Source: an uncultured Verrucomicrobiae bacterium
GTDB lineage: Bacteria; Verrucomicrobiota; Verrucomicrobiia; Limisphaerales; UBA11358
Reading direction: 5' to 3'
Length of the DNA: 64,000 nucleotides
Assembly: GCA_963835625.1 (NCBI GenBank)
Contig: CAWIGO010000002.1
Coordinates: 8,116 to 72,115, forward strand
Shown here: positions 1 through 8,819 of the stretch, piece after piece
Layout: each line of letters begins with the position of its first letter
How positions within the stretch are numbered: position 1 is the stretch's first letter
Program-made: the position numbers and the translations under genes
The notes under the pieces: generated by a model
What the model was told of the DNA's origin: nothing
The model's database searches: none
The model's input: only the letters and a program-made list of their open reading frames with translations

Positions 1-198
1 CGGCAGGGAAAGCAGAATGTGAATGTGATCTTCAACTCCACCGATTTCGATGGCCTTCATTTTATTCTGCCGGGCGATGCCGCCAAGAAATGGCCAAAGC
101 CGTTCGCGGAGTTCCGGCGTGATGAAAGGGCGGCGTTCTTTGGTGCTGAAAACGCAATGGAAATAACAACTAACGTAGGACATGGAATCCATTCAGCC

Positions 199-277
199 GT
201 CCCTGCGGGACTTTGGCAATGCGGAATTTATCCCGGCGTTAAAACGCCGGGCTATTGTCAGGATGTCCCGCTGGGAC
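199..277. repeat. Cluster of three short hairpins (GTCCC-N3-GGGAC, CCCGGCG-N6-CGCCGGG, GTCCC-N3-GGGAC), REP/MITE-like
   Basis: Self-complementary stems read directly at 199-211, 232-251 and 265-277. Confidence 0.5.
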
Positions 278-400
278 AAAGTCAAATGGGTTATTTTCAG
301 CTGAAAAGGGTGCTCGGCCGGGCACTTCATCCCCAAACTTGCCCAATAGGCAGAACAATCGCGCTTGCCGTCGTGCGATGCATTTCCCATCCTCATCACA

Positions 401-1417
401 ATGTCTGAACGGCCCATTTCCACTTTAAACAAACCCGACCCGGCATTGGAACTGACGCTGCGCCCGTCGCTATTTTCCGAATTCACAGGTCAGTTAAAAG
501 TCAAAGAACGTCTGGAAATCGCCGTCGCGGCCGCCAAAAAGCGGAAAGAGGCGCTCGACCATATTTTATTGAGCGGCCCGCCCGGCCTCGGCAAGACCAC
601 GCTCGCCTACATCCTCGCCAAAGCCATGGGCGCAAACGTCAGGAGCACCAGCGGCCCGACCATTGAAAAAGCGGGCGACCTCGCCGGCCTGCTCACCAAT
701 CTCGAAGAAGGCGACGTGCTGTTCATTGACGAAATCCATCGCCTGCAAAAAACCATCGAAGAATATCTTTATCCGGCGATGGAGGATTTCAAACTCGATA
801 TCATCATTGATCAGGGACCAAACGCCCGCAGCGTCCGCCTGAACCTGCCCCGGTTCACCCTGATTGGCGCGACGACCCGCAGCGGCCTGCTCACCGCGCC
901 GTTGCTGACGCGCTTTGCCATCCGCGAACGGCTTGATTATTACGTGGCCGAAGATTTGGAGAAAATCGTCGTCCGCTCCGCGCGGTTGCTGAAGGTGGAA
1001 ATCGAACCCGCCGGCGCGCATGAAATCGCCCGGCGCAGCCGCGGCACGCCGCGCATCGTGAACAACCTGCTCCGCCGCGTCCGCGATTACGCGCAGGTCC
1101 GTCACGACGGCCGCATCACCGCCGCCGTTGCCGACAAGGCGCTGGCCATGCTGGAAATTGACCAGAACGGTCTCGACGAAATGGACAAGCGCATCATCGA
1201 AGCCATCATCGTGAAATTCGGCGGCGGACCGGTCGGTCTCAATTCTCTTGCCGTGGCCGTGGGTGAAGAGCCGGACACGATTGAGGAAGTTTACGAGCCG
1301 TATCTCATCATGGAAGGTTTTCTGAACCGCACGTCGCAAGGCCGCATGGCAACGGAATTGAGTTACAAAAAGCTGGGTTTGAAACCGGCGGCGGGGAATC
1401 AAACGCGGTTGCTTTAG
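401..1417 (+). CDS. ruvB: Holliday junction branch-migration helicase RuvB
   Basis: ORF 365..1417. AAA+ Walker [10 protein letters not shown] and Walker B DEIHR, RuvB-like over the full length. Start moved to ATG 401 (MSERPIS). Confidence 0.95.
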   Translation: MSERPISTLNKPDPALELTLRPSLFSEFTGQLKVKERLEIAVAAAKKRKEALDHILLSGPPGLGKTTLAYILAKAMGANVRSTSGPTIEKAGDLAGLLTNLEEGDVLFIDEIHRLQKTIEEYLYPAMEDFKLDIIIDQGPNARSVRLNLPRFTLIGATTRSGLLTAPLLTRFAIRERLDYYVAEDLEKIVVRSARLLKVEIEPAGAHEIARRSRGTPRIVNNLLRRVRDYAQVRHDGRITAAVADKALAMLEIDQNGLDEMDKRIIEAIIVKFGGGPVGLNSLAVAVGEEPDTIEEVYEPYLIMEGFLNRTSQGRMATELSYKKLGLKPAAGNQTRLL

Positions 1418-1431
1418 CCACAGATTAAATT

Positions 1432-2979
1432 ATGCCTAAACGGACGGACATTCATTCAGTGCTCATCATCGGCGCCGGACCGATCATCATCGGGCAGGCG
1501 TGCGAGTTCGATTATTCCGGCACGCAGGCTTGCAAGGCGCTCAAAGAGGAAGGCTATCGCGTCGTTCTCGTCAACTCCAACCCGGCCACCATCATGACCG
1601 ACCCGGAGTTCGCCGACCGCACCTACATCGAGCCGATTACACCCGAGTGCGTCGAGAAAATCATCGTGCGCGAATTGGAAGAGATGAAACGGATGGGCGT
1701 GCCTGTCGGCCAATCCGCAATCCGCAATCCGCAATCCGCAATTCCACATAAACTCGTTTTGCTCCCGACGCTCGGCGGCCAGACGGCGCTGAACACGGCG
1801 ATGGCCCTCTACCGCAGCGGCGTGCTGGATAAATACGGCGTCGAGATGATTGGCGCGAATGACAAAGCCATCGAACGCGGCGAAGACCGGCAGGTTTTCA
1901 AAGACCTTATGCTCTCCATCGGCCTCGACGTTCCGATTTCCGGCACCGCGCATAACATAGAGGAAGCCCGCGCTGTGACGGACAAGATTGGACGATTTCC
2001 TGTCATCATTCGTCCGGCGTTCACGCTGGGCGGCACCGGTGGCGGCATCGCCTATAACCGCGATGAATTCGACGAACTCGCCAGGCGCGGCATGGAGCTT
2101 TCGCCCGTCAACGAAATCCTCATCGAAGAATCGCTGCTCGGCTGGAAGGAATATGAAATGGAGGTCATGCGCGACAAAGCCGACAACTGCGTCATCATCT
2201 GCTCCATCGAGAACTTCGACCCGATGGGCGTCCACACCGGCGATTCCATCACCGTCGCGCCCATCCAGACGCTGACGGACAAGGAATTCCAGATCATGCG
2301 CGACGCCAGCTTCGCGGTGATTCGCGCGGTGGGCGTCGAGACCGGCGGCTCCAACATCCAGTTTGCCGTCAACCCGGACAACGGCCGCATGGTCATCATC
2401 GAGATGAACCCGCGCGTCAGCCGCAGCTCCGCGCTGGCGTCCAAGGCAACGGGCTTTCCCATCGCAAAAATCGCCGCCAAACTCGCCGTTGGCTACCTGC
2501 TCGACGAACTCAAAAACGACATCACGCGCGAAACCCCGGCTAGCTTCGAGCCGAGCATTGATTACGTCGTCATCAAGATTCCGCGGTTTGCCTTCGAGAA
2601 ATTCGCGCAGGCCGACCCGACTCTGACAACCCAGATGAAAAGCGTGGGCGAAGCGATGGCGATTGGCCGCACGTTCAAGGAAAGCCTGCAAAAATGCCTG
2701 CGCTCGCTGGAGATTGGTCGCAGCGGTCTGGGCGGCGACGGCAAACCCTGGCGCATCGGCACGGAAGTCTATGGCGACCGCGACATCCTGCCGAAGGACG
2801 TCATCAGCCGCAAATTGAGCGTACCGAATGCCGAACGGATTTTCTTCATCCGGCATGCATTGCGGGCAGGATTCACAATTGAGGAAATCTTCCAACTGAC
2901 CAAGATTGACAGATGGTTTTTAGTCCAAATAAAAGAAATCGTGGACTTCGAAGAAGAACTCGCCACGGCTAAACACTAA
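1432..2979 (+). CDS. carB: Carbamoyl-phosphate synthase large subunit, N-terminal half only (split CarB)
   Basis: CPSase ATP-grasp motifs ([43 protein letters not shown]). Stops at residue 515 just after the [11 protein letters not shown] motif of the oligomerisation domain. Confidence 0.9.
   Translation: MPKRTDIHSVLIIGAGPIIIGQACEFDYSGTQACKALKEEGYRVVLVNSNPATIMTDPEFADRTYIEPITPECVEKIIVRELEEMKRMGVPVGQSAIRNPQSAIPHKLVLLPTLGGQTALNTAMALYRSGVLDKYGVEMIGANDKAIERGEDRQVFKDLMLSIGLDVPISGTAHNIEEARAVTDKIGRFPVIIRPAFTLGGTGGGIAYNRDEFDELARRGMELSPVNEILIEESLLGWKEYEMEVMRDKADNCVIICSIENFDPMGVHTGDSITVAPIQTLTDKEFQIMRDASFAVIRAVGVETGGSNIQFAVNPDNGRMVIIEMNPRVSRSSALASKATGFPIAKIAAKLAVGYLLDELKNDITRETPASFEPSIDYVVIKIPRFAFEKFAQADPTLTTQMKSVGEAMAIGRTFKESLQKCLRSLEIGRSGLGGDGKPWRIGTEVYGDRDILPKDVISRKLSVPNAERIFFIRHALRAGFTIEEIFQLTKIDRWFLVQIKEIVDFEEELATAKH
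1712..1746. repeat. 7-bp-period tandem array (AATCCGC x4 plus one degenerate unit) inside carB
   Basis: Direct reading. Translates in frame as [11 protein letters not shown]. Confidence 0.9.
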
Positions 2980-2989
2980 AATGACCGCT

Positions 2990-3079
2990 TCATTCCGCAA
3001 TCAGCTTGGCCGCTGGTTTCTGACGCAGATCAAAGAAATCGTAGATTTTGAAGAAGAGTTGGCGGCAGCGAAGAATTAG
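2990..3079 (+). repeat. Diverged second copy of the carB-N 3' terminus (encodes [22 protein letters not shown]-stop)
   Basis: Protein-level match to the carB end ([22 protein letters not shown]-stop) with the stop codon at the equivalent position. Confidence 0.85.
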
Positions 3080-3083
3080 TCAG

Positions 3084-3134
3084 GTAGGGCGCGCCACTCC
3101 GTGCGCGCCGGTGGGGCGAGCGTCCTCGCGAGCC
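3084..3134. repeat. REP-like pair: GTAGGG head plus hairpin, followed by a GTGGGG unit
   Basis: GTAGGGCGCGCCACTCCGTGCGCGCC followed by GGTGGGGCGAGCGTCCTCGCGAGCC. Confidence 0.6.
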
Positions 3135-3221
3135 GTAACTAAAATTAGGAAACTTGAAGTCACAAACTGTGACCTCAAAGGTAGTCGCAACCTGTGACCA
3201 CCTCTCAGAGAAAGGGAAAAA

Positions 3222-3777
3222 ATGAATGGGCAAATGGCGGTGGTTCCGATGGAACGAATTGAAAGGGCAATCTTCTCCATTCGCGGCGAAAAGGTGATGC
3301 TGGACAGCGATCTGGCTGAACTTTATGGGGTAGAAACGAAGGCCTTGAATCAGGCCGTCAAACGCAATGCCAATCGCTTTCCAGAAGACTTCATGTTCCA
3401 ACTCACTGCAGGTGAGGTCTTTAAGCTGAACCGGTCACAAATTGTGACCGGTTCCCAGAAGCACCGCGATCCACGTTTTCCGCCTTACGCCTTCACCGAA
3501 CATGGGGCATTGATGCTGGCTAACGTGTTGAACAGCGAGCGGGCGGCGCAAACCAGCGTTCAGGTGGTGCGTGCGTTCGTGCGGCTGACGGCAAATGCTG
3601 GCTTCCAATGCCGAATTGGCGCGGAAACTCGCGGCGGTTGAAAATAAATACGACCGACAGTTCAAAGTTGTCTTTGACGCCATCCGACAGTTAATGTCTC
3701 CACCGGAAACCAAGTGGCGCGAAATCGGATTTCATGTGAAATATGACGACGACAAGCCAAAATCAAAGAAGCGATAG
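3222..3777 (+). pseudogene. ORF6N (KilA-N-like) domain protein, frameshifted near 3590-3600
   Basis: ORFs 3222..3641 and 3595..3777 together rebuild a typical ORF6N protein (IRGEKVMLDSDLAELYGVETKALNQAVKRNANRFPEDFMFQLT ... [33 protein letters not shown]). Confidence 0.8.
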
Positions 3778-3782
3778 TGACG

Positions 3783-3810
3783 CTCAACCCTCAACCATGA
3801 ACTCTCAACC
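3783..3810. repeat. 7-bp-period tandem array (CTCAACC units)
   Basis: ctcaacc ctcaacc atgaact ctcaacc, read directly. Confidence 0.7.
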
Positions 3811-3814
3811 GACT

Positions 3815-3880
3815 TCGTTTCTGGTGCAGGTTAAAGAGATTGTGGATTTTGAGGAAGAACTGGCGGGGGCGACGAAATGA
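3815..3880 (+). repeat. Diverged third copy of the carB-N 3' terminus (encodes [21 protein letters not shown]-stop)
   Basis: Protein-level match to the carB end with the stop at the equivalent position. Confidence 0.8.
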
Positions 3881-3917
3881 AATAATCCGGCAAAACTGCA
3901 ATCTGAAAGGTAAAGCT

Positions 3918-5069
3918 ATGACTACGGATAACTATATTATGATATTCCTCGTAGCAACCTTGTTCGTCTTCGGGACATTCGCGTTGCAAATGTTTTTCAG
4001 ATGGCAGCGAGAAACGAATAAAGACCGGCACGCGGAGGAACAAGCAAGTCGAGAGCAGATGGCCGTTTTTCAGAAAATGCAACAAGAGGCTTCGGAAAGG
4101 CAATCCGCGCATTTGGCTCAAATTTTGCACAGCACGTTGAAATCACAAGAGGACCTTCAGCGTAAAGTCACAAGCCAAGAACCACGCGAAGACGCGGGCT
4201 TAAACGCAGGTGGCTACATAATTTTCGACATACCCGAAGCGAAAAAAAGCATGTTTCACGACTTACTCAAAGGTTTCGAGGATTATGCAAAACTGAGGGG
4301 ATACGTAATAAACTTTTCAATTGACAATTCTTTTTCAAACAAGGTCGCTTTCAAGTTCACATTGGATAGCAGTGGGATCGTCGTCTCGACAAAGCAGGTG
4401 CGCCAAGATTTTAAGGATTACATTGAAAAGATTCAGAGGGGAGATTCCTTGGATGATTTGCCTGTGGTTTTATCGCAAGAAGAACACGCCACCTTACTTG
4501 CTTGCATGAAAACACGGATCAACTTCTTACAGCACAATTACAACATGGAGAAGACTGAAAAGGAGTTTTATCGTCGGTTGGTAAGCGAACTACCAAAACT
4601 TGGGTTTGGAATTGCACCTCTGCAAAACTTTTTTTTGCAAGCGGGCAATTCAAACCAGGCATCCAGCTACCATGCTCTGAATTCGCCCCAAGCCGCTGTA
4701 GGGGTGGGAAACCGCCTAATTGGCAATACGATTGACCAAAGCATTTACATTGCAGATTCGTTCAACGGAAGAACTGAACAGGTTCATGCAGTGTCGGATT
4801 TATGGCTAAAGCTTTGCGATGAATGTAAAAAGCTGCCTGAAGGTAGCCCGGAACACAAAGAATGTTCAAAAGCTATAGATAACCTGCGTAAGGTTGAAAA
4901 CGAGATGAGGGAAGGCGAGCCTCCTGAGCCCAATCGAATTCACAAATGGCTTGAACAGACCAAATACGCGCTTAAAGCGTTCGGGTTGACTAAGGAAATA
5001 ATTGATGCTGGGCGAAAACTTGAAGAAGCGTTTCATCTTTCGGATTGGATCGCGCCCCTCATTTCCTGA
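3918..5069 (+). CDS. Hypothetical protein: N-terminal TM helix, charged coiled-coil segment, unknown C-terminal domain
   Basis: Long ORF in a visibly AT-richer stretch. ATG 3918 is preceded by aaagg. No recognisable motif. Confidence 0.6.
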   Translation: MTTDNYIMIFLVATLFVFGTFALQMFFRWQRETNKDRHAEEQASREQMAVFQKMQQEASERQSAHLAQILHSTLKSQEDLQRKVTSQEPREDAGLNAGGYIIFDIPEAKKSMFHDLLKGFEDYAKLRGYVINFSIDNSFSNKVAFKFTLDSSGIVVSTKQVRQDFKDYIEKIQRGDSLDDLPVVLSQEEHATLLACMKTRINFLQHNYNMEKTEKEFYRRLVSELPKLGFGIAPLQNFFLQAGNSNQASSYHALNSPQAAVGVGNRLIGNTIDQSIYIADSFNGRTEQVHAVSDLWLKLCDECKKLPEGSPEHKECSKAIDNLRKVENEMREGEPPEPNRIHKWLEQTKYALKAFGLTKEIIDAGRKLEEAFHLSDWIAPLIS

Positions 5070-5185
5070 AAGCGCGTTGAAGCGGGTTGAATCCCGCGTT
5101 CCGTCCGCGCATCCCAACGGAATGGACTCACTCGCTCCTGCTCGCTCGGCCCTTGCAGGCCTTCGGCTTCGCCGCCACCTGATTC

Positions 5186-5259
5186 AACCGCGAAACACAC
5201 GAACCACGCGAAAAGAAAAATCCGGACTCCGGTTCGCGTATTTGGCGTCTTTCGCGGTT
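5186..5259. repeat. Imperfect inverted repeat (CGCGAA / TTCGCG-rich arms)
   Basis: Arms 5186-5212 and 5233-5259 are about 21/27 complementary. Confidence 0.5.
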
Positions 5260-5354
5260 TGCCCTGCCGCCGTCTCCCACTTTCCCCGTGCTGCACCCAA
5301 AACGCTTCGGTTTGAATTGAGTTATCCGCCGAGCTTCTTCATTCTGCGAATCAT

Positions 5355-6189
5355 CATGGGCGCAAAACAGAACTCCTCCCGCCGCGCGGATGAATACGTC
5401 CACGGTTATTCGGAGCGCGAGGATCAACGGCTTCGCGATCAAGCACAAACGCTGGCGGAATTGTTGCATCAAGACACATTTTATCCGGTCGGAAGCCGCG
5501 TGCTTGAAGCCGGCTGCGGCGTCGGCGCGCAAACGGTCATTCTGGCGAAGAACAGTCCCGGCGCGCGGTTCACGTCCGTGGATATTTCGCCCGTGTCGGT
5601 GAAGGCGGCGGAAGCGGCGGTTCACCGCGCGGGTTTTTCCAACGTTACTTTTCGGCCGGCAAACATTTTCAAGCTGCCATTTCCGAAGGCGAGTTTCGAT
5701 CATGTGTTCGCGTGCTTCGTGCTGGAACATTTGAAAGAGCCAGCCAAAGCGCTGCGGTGTTTGAAGGCGGTTCTGAAGCCGGGCGGGACGCTGACGGTCA
5801 TCGAAGGCGACCACGGCTCGACTTTATTTCATCCGCGCAGTGACGCGGCGTGGAAGACCATCCAGTGCCTGATTGATCTTCAGGCGGAGGCGGGCGGTGA
5901 TGCGCTGATTGGCCGGCGGCTGTTTCCCCTGGTGCGTGCGGCGGGTTTTCGCAAGGTCAAGGTTTCGCCACGCTTTGTTTATGTGGACGCCAGCCGTCCC
6001 GCGTGGGTGGAGGGATTCACGCGCAACACTTACATCGCCATGGTGGAAGGCGTGCGCGACCGCGCACTGGCGGCGGGATTGATTGGCCGGCGGGCATGGG
6101 AAAAAGGCATCGCCGACTTGAAGGAGAGCGCCGGTTCGAGCGGTGTGTTTTGTTACACCTTCTTCAAAGCGGTGGCGGTGAAAAGTTAA
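5355..6189 (+). CDS. Class I SAM-dependent methyltransferase
   Basis: Motif I VLEAGCGVGAQT and Methyltransf_11-like layout. Start set at ATG 5355 (MGAKQNSS). Confidence 0.8.
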
Positions 6190-6294
6190 CTCGTCCGGAG
6201 GCAACCATCCCCCGTTTTCCCCGCGCTTCCGTCCTCGCTTCGCTGCGACCAGTTGCGTTGAAACCCGCGCGAAAGGGATGATTTCTTCCGCGCG

Positions 6295-7047
6295 TTGTGT
6301 CATCATGAAGTCGTGGCGCGACACCAATCCCATCGCGGGCCGGCTTCCAAGAACGAACAGCTCTTTGGCGCGCGTCAGCTTCCCGCGTTATGCACCGCCA
6401 TGCAAGACCTCTGCTGGCTGCTCGACCGTGGTTACGCTTCGCACTCCGCCACCGAACTCGTCGGCAACCGCCACAATCTCACCAGCCGCCAGCGCATGGC
6501 GGTGGGCCGTTGCGCCTGTTCTCTCGACGACGCGCAACATCGCCGTCGCCTTCAGCTCCAGCCTGCGGATGTCCGTGGCCGGGAACTCTGGCTGGACGGT
6601 TACAACGTGTTGACCGTGCTTGAAAGCGCGCTTGCCGGCGGCGTGGTGTTGCTGGGCCGCGACGGTTGTTGCCGCGACATCGCCGGCATTCACCGCCGTT
6701 ATCGAAAAGTGAATGAGACCGCAACCGCGCTGCGCATGGTCGGTGAAACCGCGGCGGGCTGGGGAGTGACGTGTTGCCGTTGGTGGCTGGACAAACCGGT
6801 GTCGAACAGCGGGCGGCTCAAGACGCTCATCAAGGAAATGGCCGCCAGCGCCGGTTGGAACATGCCGGTGGAACTGGTGTTCAATCCCGACCGCGTTCTG
6901 TGGGAAAGCGAACACGTCATCGCCACGTCCGACGGTGTCGTGCTGGATCGTTGCCGGCAATGGGTGAACCTGACTCGGCAAATCATCATGGAGCGCATCC
7001 CACAGGCGCGGCTGCTGAATTTGTCTTGTCCCGACGGGACAAGGTAG
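6295..7047 (+). CDS. DUF434-like conserved hypothetical protein
   Basis: HRGP...LF...L..A..DL.WLLDRGY....ELVGNRHNLTSRQRMAV pattern recalled from the DUF434 family. Start uncertain. Confidence 0.55.
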   Translation: MCHHEVVARHQSHRGPASKNEQLFGARQLPALCTAMQDLCWLLDRGYASHSATELVGNRHNLTSRQRMAVGRCACSLDDAQHRRRLQLQPADVRGRELWLDGYNVLTVLESALAGGVVLLGRDGCCRDIAGIHRRYRKVNETATALRMVGETAAGWGVTCCRWWLDKPVSNSGRLKTLIKEMAASAGWNMPVELVFNPDRVLWESEHVIATSDGVVLDRCRQWVNLTRQIIMERIPQARLLNLSCPDGTR

Positions 7048-7058
7048 TGTCTTAGTTT

Positions 7059-7113
7059 GGTAGGGACGCCTCGCCGAGGCGTCCGCGGACGGCTAGGGCC
7101 AGCCGTCCCTACC
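7059..7113. repeat. REPIN: two inverted REPs, each a GTAGGG head plus an 8-9 bp stem
   Basis: GGTAGGGACGCCTCGCCGAGGCGTCC ... GGACGGCTAGGGCCAGCCGTCCCTACC. Confidence 0.8.
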
Positions 7114-7244
7114 ACAGCAATTAGGACACTGCCTGGCACATCGTGCCAGGTTCACCGTCCTTTTAACCTCCCACCAAAGCTGGGGGTTGAGACCCGGACG
7201 GCATGTGCTAACTTGCAAGCGTGGCTCATATTCAAATTAAGATA

Positions 7245-7850
7245 ATGTCCTGTGCGGTGATTACCGGGGCGTTGTGGCTTTGCACCCGCACCGTTCTGCC
7301 GGCTGACCCGCTGACGTCGCAATCATCCAACATCAACAGCAATATCGTGAAAACTTTTCAAAAACCTTCCGAAACGGAATTGAAAAAGAAACTGACCACC
7401 GAACAATTCGCGGTCACGCAGAAATCAGCCACCGAGCCGGCGTTCCACAATGCCTATTGGGACAATCACAAGCCGGGTATTTATGTGGACGTGGTGTCGG
7501 GCGAACCGCTGTTCAGTTCGCTGGACAAGTTTGATTCAGGGTGCGGCTGGCCGAGTTTCACCAAACCCGTCTCCAACGCGGAAATCACCGAACGTTCGGA
7601 TCATTCCTATGGCATGGACCGCACTGAAGTAAGGTCAAAAACCGCCGATTCGCACCTCGGGCATTTGTTCGATGACGGACCGGGACCGACGCATTTGCGT
7701 TATTGCATCAACTCAGCATCATTGCGGTTCATTCCCGTCGAAAAAATGCAAGCGGAAGGTTACGGCGCTTATCTGAAGCCGTTCATTAAAGCCGGCCTCT
7801 ACAAATCGGCGGCCGCGCAATCTCAAACCAACAATCCGCCGAAGAATTAA
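7245..7850 (+). CDS. msrB: Peptide-methionine (R)-S-oxide reductase MsrB with signal peptide
   Basis: SelR motifs [37 protein letters not shown]. Confidence 0.9.
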   Translation: MSCAVITGALWLCTRTVLPADPLTSQSSNINSNIVKTFQKPSETELKKKLTTEQFAVTQKSATEPAFHNAYWDNHKPGIYVDVVSGEPLFSSLDKFDSGCGWPSFTKPVSNAEITERSDHSYGMDRTEVRSKTADSHLGHLFDDGPGPTHLRYCINSASLRFIPVEKMQAEGYGAYLKPFIKAGLYKSAAAQSQTNNPPKN

Positions 7851-7870
7851 CAGCAAGCGCGGTTTTTTTC

Positions 7871-7930
7871 GGTGGGGCGAGCGTCCCCGCGAGCCGGAAA
7901 TTTCGGTCGCCTCGGCGAGGCAACCCTACC
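7871..7930. repeat. REPIN (GTGGGG unit plus inverted GTAGGG unit)
   Basis: GGTGGGGCGAGCGTCCCCGCGAGCC ... GGTCGCCTCGGCGAGGCAACCCTACC. Confidence 0.75.
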
Positions 7931-7934
7931 TTGC

Positions 7935-8657
7935 TTACTTCATCGCCACATACACGCGATGCACATCGTCGTGATCGTCAAGGGCGTTGAGGAAGTCCAC
8001 GACTTGTTTGCGATTGGCTGCGCTGATTTCGGGGAAATTCTTGGCGATGTAACGAATTTCAGCGGCGATGACGTTCCAACCGGCGGCCTTCAACGCCTTG
8101 GAAACGTGGTCGAGGTCTTTGATCTCGGTCAAAAACCGCGCGCCCTTCTGTCCGGCGGGAACTTCGTCGGATTCAAGCGGTTCGATTTCCTGCGCACCAG
8201 CTTCAATGGCATCGCCTTCGGCGTCGCGGTTGGCGTCGGTGTGCGTGGCTTCGACGACCCCGAGATGATTGAAGAAAAATGCGACGCTGCCCGGCTGGCC
8301 GAGTGAGCCGGCCTTGAACAAATTGCGGATTTCCGGCGCAGTGCGGTTGCGACTATCGGTGAGACACTCAACAATGACCGGCACCTTGTGCGGCGCGAAC
8401 CCTTCGTAGGTGACCAATTCGTAATTGACCTTTTCCGTGTCGAGTCCGGCGCCCTTCCTGATGGCACGTTCGATGGTGTCGCGGTAAACGGAGGCTTTCT
8501 TGGCTTTTTCGACGGCGGCGAAGAGGCGCGGATTGAGGTCGGGATCAGGTCCGCCGAGTTTGGCCGCGACCATGATTTCGCGGGCCAGCTTGACGACCAT
8601 CTGGCCTTTTTTCTGCGCGTTGATTTCGCGTCCGGATTGTTTCCATTGTGCGCCCAT
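7935..8657 (-). CDS. YebC/PmpR family transcriptional regulator
   Basis: 240 aa. N-terminus MGAQWKQSGREINAQKKGQMVVKLAREI..AAKLGGPDPDLNPRL is typical of YebC. Confidence 0.9.
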   Translation of the reverse strand: MGAQWKQSGREINAQKKGQMVVKLAREIMVAAKLGGPDPDLNPRLFAAVEKAKKASVYRDTIERAIRKGAGLDTEKVNYELVTYEGFAPHKVPVIVECLTDSRNRTAPEIRNLFKAGSLGQPGSVAFFFNHLGVVEATHTDANRDAEGDAIEAGAQEIEPLESDEVPAGQKGARFLTEIKDLDHVSKALKAAGWNVIAAEIRYIAKNFPEISAANRKQVVDFLNALDDHDDVHRVYVAMK

Positions 8658-8726
8658 GGGTTTTGACCAGTGTGAAAAGACCGGCGCGCCGGTTCAATGT
8701 AAATTGCGTGCAAAATGGCGTCATTT

Positions 8727-8819
8727 GTGGTTTACTGCGCGCATTCTTAATTGGCCGTCATATGGATGGCATGAATTCATTGATGGAACAGCACAAGGCC
8801 AAGCTGACCCCCGGAATCT
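8727..8819 (+). repeat. Diverged copy of the lysS 5' region (upstream leader plus first 16 codons)
   Basis: The atggatggcatgaattcattgatggaacagcacaaggccaagctgacc segment aligns to lysS 10383-10430 (40/48 identical by hand count). The upstream gatttactgcg motif is shared. Confidence 0.85.

Noticed and set aside
1-408. ORF 19..408 (open to the window start) as a possible transposase or RAYT C-terminus next to the REP-like hairpins
   Set aside because: I recognise no HUH, DDE or other catalytic motif. From about 190 onward the frame simply reads through a hairpin repeat cluster (199-277). Only the first ~60 codons might belong to a real upstream gene, and I cannot name it.
1712-1746. Short tandem arrays (7-10 bp periods here and at 3783, 48614, 51420, 53249, 53640, 57160 and 59872) as CRISPR arrays
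   Set aside because: The units are contiguous with no spacers, the arrays are under 70 bp, and there are no cas genes.
566-2895. Long antisense ORFs (for example 566..1402, 1456..2895, 22426..23787, 25618..26553, 42921..43784, 57234..57911, 61371..62021)
   Set aside because: These are shadow ORFs opposite well-supported genes in GC-rich DNA. Their translations are low-complexity and Arg/Ala/Gly-rich with no motifs.
2980-5069. carB interrupted by an intron, intein or insertion, with the C-terminal half resuming downstream
   Set aside because: No CarB-like sequence follows any of the three terminus copies, and each copy ends with its own stop codon at the same position.
8648-8761. Upstream ATG 8648 as the start of the membrane protein
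   Set aside because: It overlaps the yebC start region on the other strand and encodes a non-hydrophobic leader. The ATG at 8762 coincides with the duplicated lysS start context.
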